From: Cladosporium halotolerans | Lineage: Eukaryota | Reading direction: 5' to 3' | NCBI RefSeq assembly: GCF_011745625.1 | Contig: NW_027191459.1 | Location: 620,001-684,000, forward strand | DNA length: 64,000 nucleotides | Shown: positions 1 to 10,933 of the stretch, in pieces | Layout of the letters: each line of letters begins with the position of its first letter | How positions within the stretch are numbered: the first letter of the stretch is position 1 | Made by a program: the position numbers and the translations under genes | The notes under the pieces: generated by a model | What the model was told of the DNA's origin: nothing | Database searches by the model: none | Seen by the model: the letters and a program-made list of their open reading frames with translations, nothing else

Positions 1-43
1 GAAAGGACAGGGAACAAGGACAATTGCTTACACTGCGGCGCAG

Positions 44-410
44 ACAAGAAGTGCCCCTTCACTGGTCTCGTCTCCATCCGTGGCCGTATCCTTACCGGCA
101 CCGTCGTCTCCACCAAGATGCACCGTACTCTCATCATCCGCCGCGAGTACCTGCACTTCGTCCCCAAGTACTCCCGTTACGAGAGGCGCCACAAGAACCT
201 CGCTGCCCACGTTTCCCCGGCTTTCCGTGTCGAGGAGGGTGACCAGGTTACCGTTGGCCAGTGCAGGCCCCTCAGCAAGACCGTACGTTACAACACCGCG
301 CATACCGAAAACCTGGAGCACAAAATACTAACAGGACATAGGTCCGTTTCAACGTCCTCCGCGTGCTCCCCCGCACCGGCAAGGCTGTCAAGGCTTTCCA
401 GAAGTTCTAA
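44..410 (+). CDS. RPS11: 40S ribosomal protein S11 (uS17), 3' part; gene starts before the window
   Basis: Exons 44-282 and 342-410 (intron GTACGT...CTAAC...TAG) translate as [52 protein letters not shown]...[15 protein letters not shown]...FQKF*, the uS17 signature. Confidence 0.97.
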
Positions 411-1583
411 GCGCATTTTGCGCGCGACGTTGAATCGGAGAATCGGGCAGACATGGGAGTGGTAGGCGGCGGCTTTGCTTTAAGAAAAAGAGCACTACCA
501 CGGACGGCGTTGGTCATGCAAAATTAGCGAAGGTCGAGAGACAGGCTGGCGATGTATCCACGCTGAGTCTCGATTGCATAACGCTTTCCAGTCAATGTCA
601 AGTTTTCGCCAAAGGGTCACAGATACTCGTCAATCTCACATGTAGCTCGCTTTCGAAGCCATCGCACACGCCGTTCATGAACCACCTTTCGACCGAAAAG
701 CACGACGACGACGACGTCTTCGAAAACGTACCATTCTGGAATACAAAACGCGCTGCTGTGCCGTTGCTGTGTCTGCGAACCGCTCGATTTCCCGGAAACA
801 TCAACTTCAGCTTCCCAAGATGCATTGGTATTCTGATACCATTTCCACGCCAACAGTGCCCAGTCTGCAGCATGATAAGCGCGACCATCGCCCAGTCAAC
901 CCATCAACTCCCCGCTTGTAAACGTGATTCAAGTCGTCATAAATGACATGTAAAGAAGTCCCATACCATGCGTTCAATGCCTAGCCTAGCGTGAACAACA
1001 GAAACAGGAGGATGAACGTACCTAGGTACGCATGGGGAATAAATCTCGAACCCCATTGAGCCTAGCCTGAATCCCTGCATGCGTGAGTCTGTGCCTGCCA
1101 ATCCGTCTTGCGAGCACATGCCATCTAGGTAATTCAGAACGAAACGATAAGTCCAGTGCATCATCTTTTATTCCATGAGCTTTGCCAAAACCCACATGCA
1201 ACCGGCGTACTGTACGTGAACCTCATATCGCCGGCTAGTTGCGTGCTGCACGGACGCTAGAGTGCAACGCTTGTGGCATCTGGAGCTGGCCAGCGCCGCC
1301 ACTGCCTCCAACGCGCAAACAGCGAACACCGGGATCTTATTACTGCGGTCCGGGGCGCATGGAAACACCAAAACACAGCTCCAACATACCTTTACGCGTC
1401 TTCGGCAGATCATCAAAACAGGCGCACGTCAACGTGACCCTACGCGTGGCGCCATATACGCTCTTTGACCATCACTTCACCTGCGCGCTGGTTTCGCTCG
1501 AACGGCACAATTCATAGCGACTATGTATAGCTGAGGGCAACCACACATATCGCATTCCGCTGGAGATATTCAAAAACAATCCA

Positions 1584-4500
1584 ATGGCCTCCAGGCGGGT
1601 GTCTGAAATTATTGAATTGGGCGACAGCGACGATGATGTCGCAACAAGCATCCAAAACACGCGTCCCAAAGCTTTTCGAGCTGGTACTAAGGCTTCACGA
1701 CTCAGTAAGGCTCAACCAGTGGACACCATCGACCTAACTGGAGACGACACCTCGAGTCGCACCGGACGTTTGCTATCCGGGAAGGCCCGAGGCAAATCAC
1801 CAACAGGATTGTTGGCTCGCATGCAATCGATCATAACCCCTCGGGCCGTTCGAGAAACGGAACATGCACCCGCGACTTCGAAAGCAGCGCCTCGCGTAAT
1901 ACAATCTAGCGATCACGAGGATGAAATGCCCGCGGAGTCCGCTTCTGTAGGCTTGTCTGGCTTCCGAGATGCTCGTCGTGGCGGGCATGGCTCCCAAAAC
2001 GAATCTTTGAATTCAAGCCGGCTCCCGTCGCCCAAAAAGCGTTCGCGAGATCATAGTGATGATCGCTCACGGTCTCCCAATCATTCTGAGAAGCGTCGTC
2101 GCGTTCTCGACCAAGGCAAAAACGGTCGGTCATCGCCATCCGGCGTCTCTCGCTCAGCGATTTCAGCGAATGATTCTGGAATCAATTCTTTACCGGCTGA
2201 GAACGCAACCGAGCCGGGACGAGCTAGATCTCGCGAAATTCCTAGTGCAAATTCAACATCTGACATTCGTGAATTAGCTGGTGCCACCCGGTCGAAGGAG
2301 GACGGCACCCGATCTGCGAGATTTGTCTATCCGGTTGTCTTGAAGGACAGATATGGGGCTGTCCGTTCGAGCAACGAGACTGCCCAACCCAAAGCACCGG
2401 AACATCATGGCTCACGCAAGGGTACAGATCAACCACGAAACGGTTCGCGACCCGACGAAAGATCAACTGAGTCATCTAATTCAAGGACAAATCCACCGCC
2501 AGAGAAGACTATTGATGGAGACCATGCCTCAGGCGGAGCTTCGCCATCGTCGCAACTGCACGAAGAAATCCAGGTGGTACAGCAGCCTGAGATTGACTCC
2601 AAAGCTCAGTCGCCTTCGGAGCCAGTGGCCGATTCTGTGAAACCCCAGTACACAGCTTCAGCTGCGACTGGTGAACCTATGACACCCAGTTTTTCTTCAT
2701 TGCCTCTGCCGCAACAGGTCGAACGTGTAGTTGGAAAACACATGCAAGAGATGCGAGATGACACAGACTATTTCACGAAGGCACTATTGAGACGCTCACG
2801 GCAGTCAATCGAGATGTACAAGCAGAAATCGAGCCCATTCCGACCGGCAAATGAAAAGACGGCGCGCAAGTCGGTGGCTTCTGAAATCTTTTCACGGCAT
2901 CGCAAAGCTGCTACCCTTCAGAAGTCGGCACTAAATTCTAATGGAAAATCTGCATCTCAAAGCGTGACTTTCAATGTCGAGGTGTACAAAGACAAGGGCA
3001 AAAAGCCTACCAAGGAGCAATTCAAGGCAAAGCCGAAGGACTCAGATACCAGGTCTTTAATCAAAGATGTCCCGGGCTACGCGCACTACGTAAGTCTGAA
3101 TTCTAACATCCTCGCACCGAACACGACCACGATGACTGTGTGGCCTTATTTCGGAGATGACGAGCCGAACCCGGATGAGTTTGAGGATTACTACTACATG
3201 GACACGAAGCAAAGACAACGCAAGATCCGCCGGTTACTACAGGCACAGAAAGCACAAGAATATATGGAAAGTGCATTACAGGACCTGCACCTCGAGTGGG
3301 ACGATGTTCTGCGCTTCCTTCTCGATCCGATCCCAGACGTTGGAAGTCTGCCTGCTGCTAAGATAGCACTGCGCAACAAAGCTACTCACATGGAGGACTT
3401 CCCGAATATCTCCAAAGGCAAGAAATGGGCCACCTTGCTGTCTACTCTGGCAAAATCCGAGACAGAGAAGCTAGCAAAAGCAGGTATTCTCTGCGATAAT
3501 TTTCAAAGGATGGCAGGCTTTCCATTATGGCACGTCGCGCGGCGTTGCAACACTGTACAGCAGGCACTGAAAGCACAAGAATCAGAACCTTCGTCTATGG
3601 AGTCAAGGACGTGCCGAATCTGCCTCAAGTTCAACTGCACCCAGCATGGCGAGCTTCGTGAGGAGTCCAGGACTTGCCGGACCTGCCTCAAATCCAACTG
3701 TACGCAGCACGTCAGCCAGCAAGAGGAGAACAACGACAGTGATTCCGGTGCGGAAACTGACGAGGCTGTCGCGACTGATATATTATACCCTCTAAAAGTG
3801 AACTACCGGAGACGGATGGAGTTCCCACGAAGCCCGCCTCCGAGCGACGAAGGTGGAGAGTCGGTAATCTCGTTAAAACAGAAGAAGATGCCGAGCTATT
3901 GGGAGAAAGGGAACTACAGCAAGGCGGGAGAATGCGGACCGTTCTACCCGTGTCACCATCCCGGCCTGAGCTGTGCCAAAGCGAACTGCTCTTGCGTGGT
4001 GAACAAGACGCCATGCGAGAAAAGCTGTGGCTGCTCCGCTGATTGTCCGCGCAAATTTCAAGGTTGCTCCTGCTCGCAGATCAGGAACAGGAAAGGAGCC
4101 GACTCGGTCTGCATGAGAGACTCTTCGTGCGCATGCTATCAGATGGGCCGCGAGTGTGATGCTGACTTGTGTGGAGCATGTGGAGTTTGCGAAGTGCTCG
4201 ACCCGGTGAATCGCCAGGAAGACTTGAAATCCAAGTGTCACAACGCTAGCATCCAGAGAGGCGTGCCGAAACACACTCTGCTGGGTGACAGCGGGGTTCA
4301 CGGCATGGGACTGTACGCGGGTCAATCTATCAGGGCCCACGAGTTCATCGGCGAATACAAGGGTGAAGTGATCACAAGGCAGGAGGCAGATCGCCGTGGA
4401 GCGGTGTACGAATATCAAGATAATTCCTACCTCTTCTCCCTCAACACTACGCAGGAGGTTGACAGCACCCTGTACGGCAACAAAATCCGCTTTATTAACC

Positions 4501-5219
4501 ACCGGGGCAGAGACCGGGCGAATGTGTACCCTTTGATCAGACTGGTTAATACCGTTCACCGGATCGGGCTCTTTGCCGCAGACAACATCAAAATTGGAGA
4601 AGAGCTCTTTTTCGACTACGGGCCCAAATTCCCCGAAAAGCTCCTAGGCGGTGAGCAAGAGGCAATGGTCGCCTCCACACCCTACGTCCGCAACTCCAAG
4701 CAGATGGAACGGTTCTACGAGGTCGAGGACGAAGAGGACGAAGTGGGCAATAGGCGCGCTAGGAAGGCGGCTGCTTCCAGCAACGCCCGCGGCCGCTCTC
4801 GCAAGACCGATTCCGCAGCCAAAACCGCGTCCGCGGCCGATGCCCAGAAACCTAAGAAGAAAATGGGCGGTGCGCGGCCGGGCGCTGGCCGCAAGCCGGG
4901 GAAGAAGAAAGTGCTCGCTGCGCAGGAGGCGCAGAAGGCGGCTAGGGCCAAGGCTAAGGAGTCTTTGGCTTCTGGCGTTGGACGAAACCATGATCAATAC
5001 ATCCCTTCCCAGGATCGGCTGGCGGCTTACAATATCTCTCAGGAGGATATGGTCGTGGGGGATGACGGCGAGGATGATGAGGATTTCGTCCCGGATGGTG
5101 GAGGTGAGGGCGCGAGTGAAGCGGAAAGCAGTGAGGAAGATGAGTACGGGGACGATGAGAGCGATGGTTATGTGAGGACTAGGCGTGGGCGAGGTCGTCC
5201 GAAGAGGTTCGATCTTTGA
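1584..5219 (+). CDS. KMT6: Histone H3K27 methyltransferase, EZH2/E(z) homologue (PRC2 catalytic subunit)
   Basis: 1211-aa intronless ORF. Cys-rich CXC domain (PCHHPG...CEKSCGC...GCSC...CACYQMGRECDADLCGAC) followed by a SET domain (GMGLYA, FIGEYKGEVI, EADRRG, YLFSLN, RFINH, ELFFDYG) as in E(z)-family enzymes. Confidence 0.93.
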   Translation: MASRRVSEIIELGDSDDDVATSIQNTRPKAFRAGTKASRLSKAQPVDTIDLTGDDTSSRTGRLLSGKARGKSPTGLLARMQSIITPRAVRETEHAPATSKAAPRVIQSSDHEDEMPAESASVGLSGFRDARRGGHGSQNESLNSSRLPSPKKRSRDHSDDRSRSPNHSEKRRRVLDQGKNGRSSPSGVSRSAISANDSGINSLPAENATEPGRARSREIPSANSTSDIRELAGATRSKEDGTRSARFVYPVVLKDRYGAVRSSNETAQPKAPEHHGSRKGTDQPRNGSRPDERSTESSNSRTNPPPEKTIDGDHASGGASPSSQLHEEIQVVQQPEIDSKAQSPSEPVADSVKPQYTASAATGEPMTPSFSSLPLPQQVERVVGKHMQEMRDDTDYFTKALLRRSRQSIEMYKQKSSPFRPANEKTARKSVASEIFSRHRKAATLQKSALNSNGKSASQSVTFNVEVYKDKGKKPTKEQFKAKPKDSDTRSLIKDVPGYAHYVSLNSNILAPNTTTMTVWPYFGDDEPNPDEFEDYYYMDTKQRQRKIRRLLQAQKAQEYMESALQDLHLEWDDVLRFLLDPIPDVGSLPAAKIALRNKATHMEDFPNISKGKKWATLLSTLAKSETEKLAKAGILCDNFQRMAGFPLWHVARRCNTVQQALKAQESEPSSMESRTCRICLKFNCTQHGELREESRTCRTCLKSNCTQHVSQQEENNDSDSGAETDEAVATDILYPLKVNYRRRMEFPRSPPPSDEGGESVISLKQKKMPSYWEKGNYSKAGECGPFYPCHHPGLSCAKANCSCVVNKTPCEKSCGCSADCPRKFQGCSCSQIRNRKGADSVCMRDSSCACYQMGRECDADLCGACGVCEVLDPVNRQEDLKSKCHNASIQRGVPKHTLLGDSGVHGMGLYAGQSIRAHEFIGEYKGEVITRQEADRRGAVYEYQDNSYLFSLNTTQEVDSTLYGNKIRFINHRGRDRANVYPLIRLVNTVHRIGLFAADNIKIGEELFFDYGPKFPEKLLGGEQEAMVASTPYVRNSKQMERFYEVEDEEDEVGNRRARKAAASSNARGRSRKTDSAAKTASAADAQKPKKKMGGARPGAGRKPGKKKVLAAQEAQKAARAKAKESLASGVGRNHDQYIPSQDRLAAYNISQEDMVVGDDGEDDEDFVPDGGGEGASEAESSEEDEYGDDESDGYVRTRRGRGRPKRFDL

Positions 5220-5238
5220 ACGGAGCATCGAAGGCGGC

Positions 5239-5240
<2 letters not shown>

Positions 5241-5280
<40 letters not shown>
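5241..5280. repeat. (GATT)10 microsatellite just downstream of KMT6
   Basis: Ten consecutive GATT units read directly. Confidence 0.95.
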
Positions 5281-5615
5281 CCTAGACGATGAGATACCCA
5301 CGGTGGCTGGGCTAAAGCGCTCTCGCAAGGCTTCTAGGCTCAAGTAGACATCCAGTCCAAATACTAGCTACGTACTTGAGGCCTTCTCACAATTTCATTA
5401 ATCATGTCAATGCTGTTGGTGTGCTGAATCTGCCTCCCGCAACCCATCTCAGGCAGCTATGGCCCGGTTGGGTTTCTGGTCCGATTTTGTCTGTTCAACA
5501 CGCCTACAATCGTCCGACTTCTTCGTTTTCGTCTCGTACGGATGGCGGAAATGGCGGGCGACATGGAAAACGCTTTATGTGAGACACACACAACTAACTT
5601 TCTCGTGATTTCACA

Positions 5616-5711
5616 GGTTCTGTAGTCTAGTGGTTATGACGTTCCCTTTACAACAATGCCGAAGAGCTTCGTGATCGGGAAAGGTCTTGGGTTCAATCCC
5701 CGACAGAACCT
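5616..5711 (+). tRNA. tRNA-Val(TAC) with 23-nt intron (5653-5675)
   Basis: Acceptor GGTTCTG/CAGAACC, D-arm AGTGGTTA, anticodon stem TTCCC/GGGAA around TT-TAC-A|C, T-loop TTCAATC, followed by a T-run Pol III terminator. Confidence 0.92.
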
Positions 5712-5843
5712 TTTTGTCACTTTTGTCATCCTTGATTGAGGTGAACAATGAAATTGGCATGTTTTTTGGTGTGAACACCTTGTGAGCAAATTGGCGGCGA
5801 GATACGTGCTGCGGCGTGCGCAAATTCCGGCGGCAGACGCTAC

Positions 5844-5860
5844 CCCTAACCCTAACCCTA
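5844..5860. repeat. Short interstitial telomeric repeat (CCCTAA)~3
   Basis: CCCTAACCCTAACCCTA read directly. Confidence 0.85.
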
Positions 5861-6366
5861 TCTACCCCTTCGTCGCTTGTCTCGAGGAACATCGACAGCG
5901 AATATGTGGTCAAGATTGCTGTTGCGACATAACAATTTCGCGTCTCATACATATGTAAACTACATGATGATCAATAACGAGTAAGGTGCTGCTAAAAGTA
6001 TCTCACATGATTTTGAATTTGTCGTCTATTGATCCGCAGCAAATCTAGTGATGAAGCTTGAATTCAACATCTGCTCTTGTAAAGCTACGAGCCTATGTTT
6101 GATGGTTCATGAGCTCGATGCTATATTGCAATACATCAATATGAACTACAATGTCCTGACTACATGTTGAGACAAAAACGGCAAGACGGATGGTCGTCGA
6201 ATCAAATGGTTTCTAATCGAGGTCGTCGAGGCGTCGAACATGCAAACCTCACCATTACTCCATGAGCAGGCTTTCCAATCGTCCAATGAACGCATGGTAT
6301 GCCAGAAGCTACAGCTGTATCGACTCATCCATGAACCAACGACTCAACACAATGCTCACACCAACT

Positions 6367-7222
6367 CTACGGCCCCGTTTCCCACCTCTCCGCCGCACCC
6401 AAAACGACCTCCGCAACAACATCCGCATGCGCCACAAAACCACAGTGCCCCACCTCCCTCTCGACAACCTCCCACTCCACCCTGGACCCCTCGATAAACA
6501 GTCCCGCCAATTCCGGCGGAAACGTCGCGTCCAGCATCGCTTTCAGCCACACCCGTCGGCCGTCGAGCGCGCGCTCCGCCCACAGCGGCGGCAGCACGGG
6601 CGTCGTGAGGATGCCCGTTGCGTGCGGGAGCGCCGTGCGGGCGAGAGCGGCTTGCTCGGAGGGAGGGGCGTCGTTAAAGAGGTGGGGGATGACTGGGTCG
6701 AAGACGAAGAGGCCGGGGGAGGGCTGTGTGGGGGAAGGTGTTAGTTTCTTGCTTGTTTGCTTGCTTGCTAAGATGAGGGATGCTTGGCTGGGTGAGCGGA
6801 CGTACTGTGTCTGTTTTGACGAACGGCGGCAGCGCGCCGCCTAGGAAGTTGAGCTGCGTTGTGCCCGCCGGCACGGGCGCGCAGCTCATGTAGACTATGC
6901 CGATGACGCCGCCTTTGAGGCCTCTGGCTTCGCGGGCGAGTTTGGTCCAGGAGGGTCCGTTCGTGCCGGTCTGTGAGCCACCGGAGGAGTAAGCGTAGAC
7001 AAGGATGTCTTTGCCGGCGTCGAGGAGGGGTTGGACGTAGTTCTGTTCTACATTGAGAGCCATCGTCTCTGCGGTGTGCGCGAAGGGGTCAGTTGGGTTC
7101 GCGCTGGGGTGTGATACGGCGACGGTCTCGTAGCCTGCGTCGTGGAGTAGGGGGCGCAGGCGGTCGAAGCAGGTTGCTTCGGTGCATGCGCCTGGGATCA
7201 GGAGAATTGTGGGCTTCGTCAT
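6367..7222 (-). CDS. Alpha/beta-hydrolase fold protein (Abhydrolase_6-like)
   Basis: Exons 7222-6806 and 6723-6367 (intron GTACGT...CTAAC...CAG). N-terminal KPTILLIPGA, nucleophile elbow AYSSGG, GGVIGIVY and C-terminal GHCGF His motif. Confidence 0.85.
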
Positions 7223-7513
7223 TGCCGCTTGTTGGTGTGTCGACCGCTGTAAGGTATGTAGGCGTTCGACCAGATGATCGCACCTCGAATATTCGATCCT
7301 CAAGAGCCCGGTGTATCCGAGGTCGGACGTCCATACCTAGCTGAGGGCGCTCCCAGCATCTGCTGACTGCATAACGGATTACGCTAGCAGGATCAAAATT
7401 TGTCAGCTGAATGAGACGTTCAGCTCGCGACAAACCATAGCAAATAATCAATGGTTTTCATTACTGAACGCAGCACCCAGCGCGACAGTTAGTGCGGTGT
7501 TGCATCCAACCCG

Positions 7514-8935
7514 TCAAACCATCACCCTCCTCAACCCACTAGTCCCCCCGAGCACGCGGCGCCCAGTAACAGCATCCCGCCCAGCACCGCTCTCCCACTT
7601 CCCAACCCTGCTACCCCCAGCCTCCTCCAGCCAACCCCTCGCACCCTCCTCTTCCTCCGCGCCCGCGCTGCCTTCCATGAACGCCTCCTGCCGCGGGTGC
7701 TCGCCCTCGATCCACTTGAAAATGCACGTGTAGCAGTACACGAAGCCCGTCTGCGCGGCAGTGGCGGTTTTGATCTCGGAGACGCAGATGGGGCAGAGCG
7801 CGCTGGTGTTGGAGGTTTCGTCTGTTGCTCGCGCGGGCGCGGGGACGGTGAGGATGGGGAGGTGCGTGGTGCTGGAGATTGGGGGCCCGGCGAGGCCGGA
7901 GTCGCGGCGGAGGGCGGGCTTTTCGGAGGGCTGTTTTTCGCTGTCGTTTTGTTCGGCGGGTTTTGGTGGTCGGGACACCGGCAGGCCGGTGACGGTGGGA
8001 GGAGGGAGATCGAGGGCTTCGTTCGAGCGGCGGGAGAGCTGGCGGGCAAAGTCTGAGTTGTACCACCATTCGAGGAATTTGAGCGCGAAGATGGAGGTTG
8101 GTAGGAGGACTTTGAGACTGCCGAAGATGCTCGGCATGATGGTGTCCGTCACGGTTCGTCGGCTGAAGATCGAGTTTGTCTGCCCTGGTCTCGCGCCAGG
8201 CCGTGCTGTGGGAGCCTTCGGCTGCGTCGCTAGATCAATCGCTCGGTAGTCCGCTCCATTCATGCGCCGTATGCGCGAACCAATGATCCACAGGAAAGGC
8301 GAGTGGTATTTCGACCCGTCGAAGAGGTAAGCCAGGTTGAAAGCCAGCATCGTGAAGTAATACGCCGCGTTCACGCTGGGATACACTCTCCTCAAAAACC
8401 ACTTGTACAGCCATAGCAGCCGCTGCTTCACTGTTCCCTCAGCTGGATACCGATCGCGGTCCTGGTACGACGGGCCCAGCAAATTCACACCCGAAGCGTG
8501 CACCTCGTACGCCTCGTCCAACTTCCTCTTCACGTACGGCAGCCCCACCATCACCGCCAGGTTCTTCCACACATCGCCCTCCCTTAGCCTCAACGTCTCG
8601 CGCACCTCGTTCGGCGCCCCCAGCTGCGCCCTCGGCACCTCGCCGCCTTTCACCCGCAGCACTTTCTCCCGCTTGAGGCCATAGAAGTTCTCCGTGAAGC
8701 CCCCGCCGTAGGTCTTGAGGTAGTAGCGCTCGACGAGCAGCGAGAGCAGCGCGTACAGCTCGTCGAAGGAGTTCAGGACGCGCAATAGATATCGTGGGTG
8801 GCGGTGCGTCGCGACGGCGAGCAGGTAGCGCAGCGAGGGCGGGATGAGGCCGTTGAGCTGCTGCTCGGAGAGGACTTCGAAGAGCGACGGTTTCTGGTCG
8901 TCGATGCCTCCTTGTAGGGAGGTCATGAATTCCAT
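7514..8935 (-). CDS. PEX12: Peroxisomal RING peroxin Pex12
   Basis: MEFMTSL...[52 protein letters not shown] and degenerate RING CPIC...TGFVYCYTC...VTGRRVLGG...LRRVMV. Confidence 0.95.
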   Translation of the reverse strand: MEFMTSLQGGIDDQKPSLFEVLSEQQLNGLIPPSLRYLLAVATHRHPRYLLRVLNSFDELYALLSLLVERYYLKTYGGGFTENFYGLKREKVLRVKGGEVPRAQLGAPNEVRETLRLREGDVWKNLAVMVGLPYVKRKLDEAYEVHASGVNLLGPSYQDRDRYPAEGTVKQRLLWLYKWFLRRVYPSVNAAYYFTMLAFNLAYLFDGSKYHSPFLWIIGSRIRRMNGADYRAIDLATQPKAPTARPGARPGQTNSIFSRRTVTDTIMPSIFGSLKVLLPTSIFALKFLEWWYNSDFARQLSRRSNEALDLPPPTVTGLPVSRPPKPAEQNDSEKQPSEKPALRRDSGLAGPPISSTTHLPILTVPAPARATDETSNTSALCPICVSEIKTATAAQTGFVYCYTCIFKWIEGEHPRQEAFMEGSAGAEEEEGARGWLEEAGGSRVGKWESGAGRDAVTGRRVLGGTSGLRRVMV

Positions 8936-9160
8936 CTTGGCTATCGCGGCGTGGGCATGTTTTGGTGGGAAGGTGTGGTTTGTTAGAGTTCTAGAGAGAG
9001 AGGTGAAGGCTGGGCTGGCATCCAAAGCCCGAGCAGAGCTGCCTCGGCTCTTTGGGCTTGCTGACTCGCGCGTGGCGTCGGGCTGGCAGACAACATCACA
9101 GTCCACCGCCCGCCAAAATGCGACTTGCTGTCTTGGGCTCCAGGAGGGTTTGCACATACA

Positions 9161-9482
9161 ATGGCTTCCACGAACGGTGCTTCCGGCGAAAAATCGTATT
9201 TCGAACAGCAGCGTGAGCTTCTAGTCGGGGATGTGGCAGCGAGTCTGGAGAATGTGCTGCAAAACATGAACAGGCTGAATCGCAGTCTCGAGGGCGTGAT
9301 AGCGGTAAGCGAGAGTCGGGGGTATGGAGCTTTGGGAGGGCCTACGTGCTAATATCTACAAGGTTGGAAACGAATTCAGCCAAGTCGAGGGCCTATGGTC
9401 GCAGTTCGAGAACGTCATGGCCAAAGAGCCAGAGGCGCCGAAGGAAGACACCAAGGAAGGAGCACAGAACGACCGCTCATGA
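9161..9482 (+). CDS. DAD1: DASH/Dam1 kinetochore complex subunit Dad1
   Basis: Exons 9161-9304 and 9363-9482 give [56 protein letters not shown], the Dad1 signature. Confidence 0.93.
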
Positions 9483-10011
9483 GAACGCAACTAGCAAGGA
9501 AGACGCGACATGCCGCTGATTAAAATGCTACGCGATGGAAGAAAAGATAATGCACATGCTTCTCATTATGGCCGTCACACACAAAGAAAACTGTCTGGAA
9601 GAGGCTTTCGGCGCGTTTCTGGCAACCGGCTGCTGCTGCTTGCTTGCTCGCTGCTCTCCTTCCTGCCCGTCCGCCCGACCGCCTGCCCTTCGTCACAATG
9701 GAAAAGGAAAAGAAAAGAAGAATTCTGTCGCTCGAGCTCGAAAAACAAAAAACAAAAAAACCAGCAAATCCCGCGTATACCGATGCCCTGTAATCAACGC
9801 CCGAAACCCGCCCAAAGATAAGCCCTCATGCTGCGCACCAGCAAGCGCAGGTATCCAATGTCTCGCGAGAGCGCCGTTGGAGCTTCGACTCTGTCGTCGT
9901 CACCTACTCGGTGCAAAGACGGTGTGTCAACGAAACTGCTCCAACGCGAGGGGAACGACTCACGGGGGCGGGGAGGAAAATTCAAAGTGTCTCACGTGCC
10001 GCACGCTCTGC

Positions 10012-10933
10012 TCAGAGGATGCTGCACATCTTACTTCTCTTTTTCCGCGCCGGCATGGGCGTCTCGCCGGGTTTTGACGACGAAGACGACGAGGTCTGCG
10101 CCACGACGTCTTGCCCGCGCACGGTGATGTCGATGGCCGTGTCGAAGATGTCGTGCACGCCCGTCATCTCCTTGGACGAGCACTCCATGTACTTTGCGCC
10201 CATCTTGGTGGCAACCGCTTTCCCCTGCTGCTGTGTGACGGGCGTCAGGCCTTGGGTCTTCAGGAGCTCGATGCAGGTGCGCTTGTGTCGGAGGTCGGAC
10301 TTGAGGCCACAGAGGATGATTGGCGTGGTCGGGCAGAAGTGGAGGACTTCGGGGTACCACTGGGGAAAGTCAGTCATTTTTATCTGGTAGTGTTGAATAG
10401 AATCTGCCTACCTTGTCCAGGACGTTTTCGAGCGAGTTGGGGCAGTCAATGGCGAAGCAAACGAAGAGCAGGTCTGTCTCCGGGTATGATAGAGGTCGTA
10501 GTCTGTCGTATTCTTCCTGGCCGGCGGTATCCCATAGGGCGAGCTCGACGCCCTTGCCCGTGCCCTTGTGCTCGACTTGCGTGATGTAGTTCTCGAAGAC
10601 TGTGGGTACGTATCGCTGTCGCGGGGGTCAGCTATCGCGGTCATTGAGCGCAACTTCTCATAATGTACATACCTCCGGGAATACTCCCTGGCTGTAGCTG
10701 ATCAAAAGGCACGTCTTTCCGCATCCACCATCTCCGACCACGACGAACTTCTTGCTGTACTCCGGCGGCGCCGTGATATTTGTGCGCGCGCTGCTCGAGG
10801 CAGTCGTGTTCACTGTGCCGTCGGATCCCCTGGTGCTCCGCCTGTTGTAGCTGTCGGTGCGTGTGTGGTAGGAGCGGGCGTTGCTGTTCTTGCGATGGAC
10901 ATTGTCGTAATTCTGCACGGCTGACACCGACAT
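10012..10933 (-). CDS. RHO4: Rho-family small GTPase, Rho4 type
   Basis: Exons 10933-10673, 10615-10412, 10359-10012. [53 protein letters not shown] (CSIL), plus the N-terminal extension typical of Rho4. Confidence 0.9.

Noticed and set aside
598..946. Short ORFs between RPS11 and KMT6
   Set aside because: No motifs, coding bias or splice structure.
6048..6159. Possible box C/D snoRNA (GTGATGA...CTGA with a 3-bp terminal stem)
   Set aside because: The sequence before the D box gives only about 8 nt of complementarity to rRNA as I recall it, and there is no clear D'/C' pair. It needs snoscan/Infernal.
8936..9157. 74-codon in-frame upstream extension of the PEX12 ORF
   Set aside because: It spans the whole PEX12-DAD1 divergent promoter up to the DAD1 ATG and is not Pex12-like; MEFM at 8935 is the typical start.
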